Shown here one piece after another: positions 56,022-64,000 of a DNA stretch of 64,000 bases. The translations under genes and the position numbers were made by a program. The notes under the pieces are model-generated. The model ran no database searches, was not told the DNA's origin, and was given only the letters and a program-made list of their open reading frames with translations. The stretch is from contig DAOSYK010000004.1 in assembly GCA_035381305.1 (NCBI GenBank), forward strand, positions 9,948 to 73,947, in the 5' to 3' direction. Each line of letters begins with the position of its first letter. Position 1 is the first letter of the stretch. This DNA is from Clostridia bacterium. Lineage in GTDB: Bacteria; Bacillota; Clostridia; Christensenellales; DTU072.

Positions 56022-56974
56022 ATCTTACTCCCGAGAAGGTTAATAATATCATTTTCGACGTCGTCGTCCGACTTCATGTTCGTAATTTCTTCACAGCTTT
56101 TGCCCGAAAGAAGCTTCTCGATACCGGCTATCTTGTCGGGATAAAGCCCGTCGCTTGCGATTTTTATCGTTTCAATAGTTCCGCCGTTCTTTCTTATCCC
56201 TATTTCGGCGCATCCCCAATCAAAACTTCCGCGGATGTCGGCCGCAAACTCCTTCCACTTGCCGAAAATGTAGTCTTCGCCCGCCCAAGTTGCCGCTCGC
56301 GAAGTTATCTTTTCGCTCGTCCAGTCGATTTCAAGGGGATTTGCTTTCCCGCCATAGACGTTTTCAAACGCTTCTTTCAGCGCGGGAATTATGCTTTTTA
56401 CGGTAATACCCATAGCTACTTCCGACAAGTTTATCACCCTGCTTTCCACCGACGGCACGCCTTTTTTTGCGAGTTTATCCTTATTGACCGTCAGGTACTT
56501 TTTCATGCGGGAAAAGTCGGCGTTGATGAGGATTGTGCCATGGTGCAGGCAAGCAACTTTCGACGTGTAAAAGGCGTTTCCCGAAAATTTCCTTCCCTCG
56601 CAGAGTATATCGTTTCTGCCCGAGAAGCTGCTTTTTACGCCGAAATGCTCCAGTGCTTTTCCGATGACGGAAAGCTGCTTTTTGACGTCGTACACATTTT
56701 TCGGCGCGACAAAGGAAAAGTTGAGGTTTCCCATGTCGTGAAAGACTGCGCCGCCCCCCGTTTTTCTCCGAGCGATTTTTACGTTATCGCAAATTATGTT
56801 GTCCCGGTTGCATTCACTGTACGGATTTTGATTTGCACCGATTACCACGGTGTCGGCGTTCTGCCACAAAAAGAGGTAAACCTCTTTTTCGCCGCAGTTT
56901 TCGTATATCTCCCATTCGGCGGAAAGGTTGAGATAGGGATTTGTCTTGTCTCCCGTACCGAAATACAGTTTCAT
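56009..56974 (-). CDS. lplA: lipoate-protein ligase A
   Basis: 321 aa with RRKTGGGAVFHDMGN and GRKFSGNA motifs. Confidence 0.88.
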   Translation of the reverse strand: MKLYFGTGDKTNPYLNLSAEWEIYENCGEKEVYLFLWQNADTVVIGANQNPYSECNRDNIICDNVKIARRKTGGGAVFHDMGNLNFSFVAPKNVYDVKKQLSVIGKALEHFGVKSSFSGRNDILCEGRKFSGNAFYTSKVACLHHGTILINADFSRMKKYLTVNKDKLAKKGVPSVESRVINLSEVAMGITVKSIIPALKEAFENVYGGKANPLEIDWTSEKITSRAATWAGEDYIFGKWKEFAADIRGSFDWGCAEIGIRKNGGTIETIKIASDGLYPDKIAGIEKLLSGKSCEEITNMKSDDDVENDIINLLGSKICTM

Positions 56975-56978
56975 AGTC

Positions 56979-57557
56979 TTAATAATATGTCCGCCCCTTC
57001 TGTTTTACGCCCCTGAGGTCGAGCGTCTCGTTTTCGTTTACGATGATGTCCATCTTCACGTCGTAATCGGCGACGGCAAGACGTTCAAACTCCTGCGCCG
57101 AAAAGGCTATCCCAGCCTTAAGACATTTTTTGTCGGTCAAAAACTTGTCGAAATACCCTTTTCCGTGCCCGAGACGGTTGCCGTACGGATCGTACGCCAC
57201 CATGGGGATTACGGCAAAATCGACATCCATCGCCTCTTCGCCTTTTTCGGGCTCGGATACGCCGAATGCGCCTTTTATAAATCGGGTATTTTTATCGATG
57301 GAAATGAGTTTTAAAGTGTCCAGTGTGACGGGAACAAAAACCTTTTTGGACTTTAATGCGTCCTCTAAAATAAGCCGGGTATCGACTTCATTCGGAAGGG
57401 ACATATAGACCATAACGCTTTCAGCGCGGCGGTATTCCTCGAGCGAAAGCACTCTTTCGGCAATGCGCCTGCTCAGAACGTCCTTGTCGGAAAGCCCGGA
57501 AACTCTCGCCCTTGCAATTTCGCGCTGTTCTTTTTTGGTCTGAAGCCTTATCTTCAT
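56979..57557 (-). CDS. 5-formyltetrahydrofolate cyclo-ligase
   Basis: 192 aa. The pattern (…VMVYMSLPNEVDT…, GHGKGYFD) is typical of 5-FCL/MTHFS. Confidence 0.8.
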   Translation of the reverse strand: MKIRLQTKKEQREIARARVSGLSDKDVLSRRIAERVLSLEEYRRAESVMVYMSLPNEVDTRLILEDALKSKKVFVPVTLDTLKLISIDKNTRFIKGAFGVSEPEKGEEAMDVDFAVIPMVAYDPYGNRLGHGKGYFDKFLTDKKCLKAGIAFSAQEFERLAVADYDVKMDIIVNENETLDLRGVKQKGRTYY

Positions 57558-57581
57558 ACGGTGCGCCCCCTGTTCTACTTT

Positions 57582-57610
57582 ATCTTAGCACTTAATCGGC
57601 GGCAAGGCAA
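57582..57610 (-). promoter_or_regulatory. candidate promoter of the 5-FCL/lplA/lpd/gcv operon
   Basis: Minus strand reads TTGCCT (57605-57610)-17 nt-TAAGAT (57582-57587), with TGc immediately upstream (extended -10). Confidence 0.35.
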
Positions 57611-57941
57611 TATCAAATATTTTTAAAACGTGCTATACTTTTAATAACAAGTCCGCAAAAAATATTGATTCTGTTTTTCTTCAAAAATCAGGGAAAAATC
57701 TGCTGATCGGATTGAAAATTATGAAAAGTTCCGGCGCATTGTGCCGACGATTTGTTTGTGATGCAAGCGACAAGGTGAGTTTTATGTAGTGAGAGCATGG
57801 AAGACGCCGGTTAAGTCAATCTTAAGCCCGAAATTGTGGTCGTAAATCGTAAATTTTCTTCAAAAAGTTGCGAAAACTTATAAAAAAGCTTATACTAATA
57901 CCTAAGCATAGAGTAAAAAAGTAAAAAGTGTTGAAAAAGTG

Positions 57942-57970
57942 TTGATTTATATTTTGCTCGGTGCTATAAT
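57942..57970 (+). promoter_or_regulatory. sigma-A type promoter of the atp operon
   Basis: TTGATT (57942-57947)-17 nt-TGcTATAAT (TATAAT 57965-57970), 31 nt before the atpB ATG. Confidence 0.6.
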
Positions 57971-58001
57971 TGACTATAGTTTCAAAAGGAGTCCGCAAAA
58001 A

Positions 58002-58724
58002 ATGTCGATATTGCTGGCGACCGAAGGTAAGACCCTCGGCGAAGTAATGAAAGAAGCTGTCCTTCCCGAGGACGTCAACTTTTTGGGTCTGGGCGTAAAT
58101 CCCAGCTTCTATTCGGCTCTTATCGTGACGGGAGTATTGCTCTTCGCCGCGCTTATTCTGCGGATTTTCGTAATTCCCAAATTCAAAACAGTCCCGGGAA
58201 AATTTCAGGCGATATTGGAGTGGATAGTCTCCTTCTTTTCGGGAATAGCATCCGACAACAGCCCCCAAAGAAACGAATATTTAGGCGCGTTTAACTTCAG
58301 CGCAGGGCTATATATCTTCTTTGGGACGATGATAGAGCTTGTGGGCATAAGGGCGGTGCTCGTCGACATTAACGGCGCGATAGCCCTCGCTTTGTGCGCG
58401 TTCGGCTCAATTATGATTGCGGGACTGAGGTTCAACGGCGCCAAAGGTCTTCTTGGCACACTTAAAGACTTCTCCCTGCCCCTCTCCATGACCTTCCGTC
58501 TGTACGGAAACATGCTGAGCGGATTGCTTGTGACCGACCTTGTATACTTCTACCTTGCGACAAGCTTTGTAGTACCTGTCATTGTGGGTGTGCTGTTCAC
58601 CGGTCTGCACGCCGTAATTCAGACGTTTATATTCGTGACGCTGACCTCAATGTTCTTCGGCGAGGCGGCAGAACACCACGAGAAAAAGAAAAAGAAGAAA
58701 AATAAAGAAGCGACCGCACATTGA
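58002..58724 (+). CDS. atpB: F0F1 ATP synthase subunit a
   Basis: The start was set at MSILLATEGK, after an AAAGGAG RBS. The essential Arg lies in LSMTFRLYGNMLSG, and the C-terminal tail is lysine-rich. Confidence 0.88.
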   Translation: MSILLATEGKTLGEVMKEAVLPEDVNFLGLGVNPSFYSALIVTGVLLFAALILRIFVIPKFKTVPGKFQAILEWIVSFFSGIASDNSPQRNEYLGAFNFSAGLYIFFGTMIELVGIRAVLVDINGAIALALCAFGSIMIAGLRFNGAKGLLGTLKDFSLPLSMTFRLYGNMLSGLLVTDLVYFYLATSFVVPVIVGVLFTGLHAVIQTFIFVTLTSMFFGEAAEHHEKKKKKKNKEATAH

Positions 58725-58754
58725 TAACGCGCGTTGTTTTTTGAGGAGGATAAA

Positions 58755-59015
58755 ATGCTCAACCTTATGTCTTTAGCGGCGATTGAACTTAAAGGAATCT
58801 ATGCCCTGTCGGCGGCCATTGCCATAGCCGTCGTAGCGGCGGCAGGCGCAATTTCCATGGGATTTGCGATATCCAAGGCTATGGACGCCATAGCCCGCCA
58901 GCCCGAAGCCGAAAGCAAGATAAGATCGGGACTCATTCTCGGCCTTGTCTTTGTGGAAACAGCGATAATTTTCGTGCTGGTAGTCGCCATCCTTATCATC
59001 ATCAACATACTGTAA
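58755..59015 (+). CDS. atpE: F0F1 ATP synthase subunit c
   Basis: The start was set at MLNLMSLAA, after a GAGGAGG RBS. It is a helical hairpin with an ARQPE loop and the carboxylate in LVFVETAII. Confidence 0.9.
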   Translation: MLNLMSLAAIELKGIYALSAAIAIAVVAAAGAISMGFAISKAMDAIARQPEAESKIRSGLILGLVFVETAIIFVLVVAILIIINIL

Positions 59016-59031
59016 AAAATAGAGGCGCAAA

Positions 59032-59547
59032 ATGTATCCGCTGTTGTCAAGCAGTCTGCCGCTCGGTATCGACTGGGTCAAAATCTTGCTTCATCTATTA
59101 AACTTCGCCCTGCTCATGACGGGGCTTACTTTCTTATTGTACAAACCCGTACTAAAGTTTATAAAGAACAGGCAGTCCACGATTAAGAACCGGCTTGACG
59201 AAATCGAAACCGAAAAGGCAAAGGCCGAAGAAACGATAAAAGAGTACCAGACAAGATTGGACGCCGCCGAGACCGAAATCGACCGCAAGAAAGCCGAGGC
59301 CGAAAAGGAAATCGAGCAGAGGAAAGAGGCGCTTATCGCCGAGGCCAAAGCGCGCGCCGACGAAATATACCGCAAAGCCCAAGCCGAAAGTGAAAACGAG
59401 CGCATCGAGGCAATCAACAATCTTCACAACGAGATTGCCGACGTTGCGATAACCATCGCCGAAAATATACTTGAAAGGGAAATTTCCCGCGAAGAAAACG
59501 CAAGAATCATTGACTCGTGTCTGAAAGAATGGAGCGACGATGACTAA
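59032..59547 (+). CDS. atpF: F0F1 ATP synthase subunit b
   Basis: 171 aa with one N-terminal TM helix followed by a long charged coiled coil. Confidence 0.88.
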   Translation: MYPLLSSSLPLGIDWVKILLHLLNFALLMTGLTFLLYKPVLKFIKNRQSTIKNRLDEIETEKAKAEETIKEYQTRLDAAETEIDRKKAEAEKEIEQRKEALIAEAKARADEIYRKAQAESENERIEAINNLHNEIADVAITIAENILEREISREENARIIDSCLKEWSDDD

Positions 59548-59755
59548 GCTTACGATAACTACGAGTGTGGAACTTATCGACGAGGAAAAGGATAAACTCG
59601 AAAAACGCCTCGCGAAAAAATACGGCAAGTTCAAAACGGAATATCACGTCGACGACCACCTTGTCGGCGGCATAATCATCTTTGACGGCGAAAAGGTTTA
59701 TGACGGCTCCGTTCGCAAACAGCTCGACAAGCTGAAAGAGAAGATATTCAGGTAA
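59540..59755 (+). CDS. atpH: truncated F1 delta (OSCP) subunit consisting of the C-terminal domain only
   Basis: 71 aa. DDHLVGGIIIFDGEKVYDGSVRKQLDKLKE aligns with the extreme C-terminus of bacterial delta (…GG..i..gd.viDgSvr..L..l). It sits in the canonical b-delta-alpha position. Confidence 0.75.
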   Translation: MTKLTITTSVELIDEEKDKLEKRLAKKYGKFKTEYHVDDHLVGGIIIFDGEKVYDGSVRKQLDKLKEKIFR

Positions 59756-59759
59756 AAAT

Positions 59760-61264
59760 ATGAATACCGAACTTGGTTTTATTACCCAACAAATCAAAAA
59801 AGAGGTCGAAAGTTTTACCAAAGCTTTCGGTCCCAGCACCGCGGGCAGAATAATCTCCAGCAACGACGGCGTCATTATGATTGAGGGTCTTACGGGAGTA
59901 AAAAACGGCGAGCTTCTCTACATTTCGGGCGATAAGTACGCGCTTGCGCTTAACCTTGAAGAGAAACTTATCGGCGCGATCCTTCTCACCTCTTCCAGCG
60001 ACGTATCGGTGGGCGATATCGCCTACACAACGGGCAGAATCGTCAGCGTGCCCGCAGGAAAAGCGCTCCTCGGACGTGTAATAAACCCACTTGGCGTGCC
60101 CCTTGACGGCAAACCCGAAATAAAGACCAAGGTCTACCGCAACATTGAAGCGCCGGCACCCGCCATTTTCGACCGCGGCAAGGTAAACACCCCGCTTTAT
60201 ACGGGCATAAAAGCTATTGACAGCATGATTCCCATAGGCAAAGGCCAGAGGGAACTTATAATTGGCGACAGGCAGACGGGTAAGACCGCCCTCGCCGTCG
60301 ACACCATTTTAAACCAGAAAGGCAAAAACGTAATCTGCGTCTATGTCGCTATCGGGGAGAAGTCTTCGTCGGTTTCCAAGATAATTCACGAGCTGGAATC
60401 CCGCGGCGCCATGGATTACACAATAATAGTCTCAAGCACGGCGGGACAGCCCGCCCCGCTTCAGTACCTCGCGCCCTATACGGGCACGGCTATCGCCGAG
60501 GAATTTATGTACAGCGGAAAAGATGTGCTGATTGTTTACGATGACCTGTCAAAGCACGCCGTCGCGTATCGCACAATTTCTTTGCTGTTACGACGTCCTT
60601 CGGGAAGAGAAGCGTACCCCGGCGACATTTTCTATATACACTCAAGGCTGCTTGAACGTAGCGCAAAACTTTCGGAATCGCTGGGCGGCGGCTCAATAAC
60701 CGCCCTGCCGATAATAGAAACTTTGGCAGGAGACATTTCGGCGTATATCCCGACCAACGTAATTTCCATAACCGACGGACAGATTTACCTCGAGAGCGAG
60801 CTCTTTAACGCGGGCATCCGCCCCGCGATAAACGTCGGATTATCGGTCTCCCGCGTGGGCGGCTCGGCGCAGTGCCCCGCAATGCGCAAAGTGTCTTCAA
60901 AAATCAGGCTTGCCCTTGCCCATTACCGCGAACTGCAGGTCTTTGCACGCTTCGGCGCCGACCTCGACAGTTCCACCAAAGCGACGCTTGAGATGGGCTC
61001 GAGGCTCACCGAAAGCTTAAAACAGCCCGAGTTTTCGCCCGTGTCGATGGAAGACATGGTCGTCGAACTTTATGTGATGCAGAACGATTACCTTAAGGGG
61101 TATCCCGCAAAACGCGTTCAGCCTATTATCTCGGGATTTCTGGAATATTTCCGCTCACGAGAAGCCGCGTTACTTGAAAAGCTGCGCAACACCCAGGATG
61201 TCGACAACGAGGATATAAAAATTATCGACTACCGCATAAAACGGTACCTCGAAAGGCATTTGAG

Positions 61265-61268
<4 letters not shown>
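59760..61268 (+). CDS. atpA: F0F1 ATP synthase subunit alpha
   Basis: 502 aa with the Walker A motif GDRQTGKT. Confidence 0.95.
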
Positions 61269-63881
<2,613 letters not shown>

Positions 63882-64000
63882 TTTTTATTGGAAACATCTA
63901 CAAATTTTTATACAAAGTCTCCCAAATAGTTGCAAATTCTCCTCTCATCTGTAATAATTAATTGGTATAAAAGCAATTAAATTGCTTCCACGCAATTTTT

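Noticed and set aside
57721-57789. 22-codon sORF (MKSSGALCRRFVCDASDKVSFM) in the atp upstream region. I considered it as a possible atpI/leader peptide.
   Set aside because: It has no convincing RBS (only GGA), is not hydrophobic like AtpI/AtpZ, and is too short to evaluate. It is kept only as part of the unexplained-leader finding.
57822-58268. 148-aa minus-strand ORF spanning the atp promoter and the 5' part of atpB.
   Set aside because: It overlaps the strong atp promoter, RBS and the atpB coding sequence, and has no motif support or RBS.
58755-59015. Possibility that the c-subunit indicates a Na+-translocating F-ATPase (ET motif after the carboxylate).
   Set aside because: Aligned by eye to the Ilyobacter tartaricus c-subunit, the helix-1 Gln (Q32) position is Met here, and the T67 and Y70 equivalents are Ala and Phe. 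The Na+ signature is incomplete, so H+ coupling is more likely.

Overview
This window looks like an ordinary chromosomal segment of a strictly anaerobic Firmicutes/Clostridia-type bacterium. The basis is inference from GGAGG-type RBSs, TTGACA/TATAAT promoters, an L-box, the DapL lysine pathway and an electron-bifurcating [FeFe] hydrogenase. About 60 protein genes sit in long co-directional, often translationally coupled operons. In order they are: (1) molybdenum/tungsten cofactor genes (two moeA, moaA, moaC, MOSC) convergent with a TupABC-like tungstate ABC transporter. That transporter is preceded by a candidate Moco/Tuco riboswitch, and its ATPase gene carries an in-frame TAA. (2) A giant BspA-type LRR lipoprotein, followed by a DUF1538-type membrane protein, two PII-like proteins and a GPH transporter. 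(3) An FAD protein, a DEDDh exonuclease, a DUF1846 protein, a DNA glycosylase and a metallophosphoesterase. (4) An L-box-controlled dapA-dapB-dapF-dapL-lysA operon. (5) A HydABC-type bifurcating [FeFe] hydrogenase operon, preceded by a nadE / DRTGG / GHKL-kinase-like / sensory-hydrogenase-like / DRTGG / PHP module. (6) A myo-inositol catabolic operon (transporter-iolCBDEAG) with a divergent MBL/GDPD-like/PfkB trio. (7) An M28 peptidase. (8) A self-contained glycine cleavage operon (5-FCL, lplA, lpd, gcvT, gcvH, gcvPA, gcvPB). (9) An F-type ATP synthase operon. I saw no rRNA, tRNA, CRISPR array, transposase, integrase or phage genes. The strongest candidates for undescribed biology are the DUF1538 / PII-like x2 / GPH operon and the PAS-less sensory-hydrogenase partner-switch-like module upstream of HydABC. 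Smaller oddities are a TSCSPAW variant of the H-cluster L1 motif in HydA, a 71-aa truncated ATP synthase delta subunit, a structured 45-bp tandem repeat bracketed by twin terminator hairpins, and the nonsense codon in tupC. All product calls rest on motifs read from the supplied translations. No database search was run.
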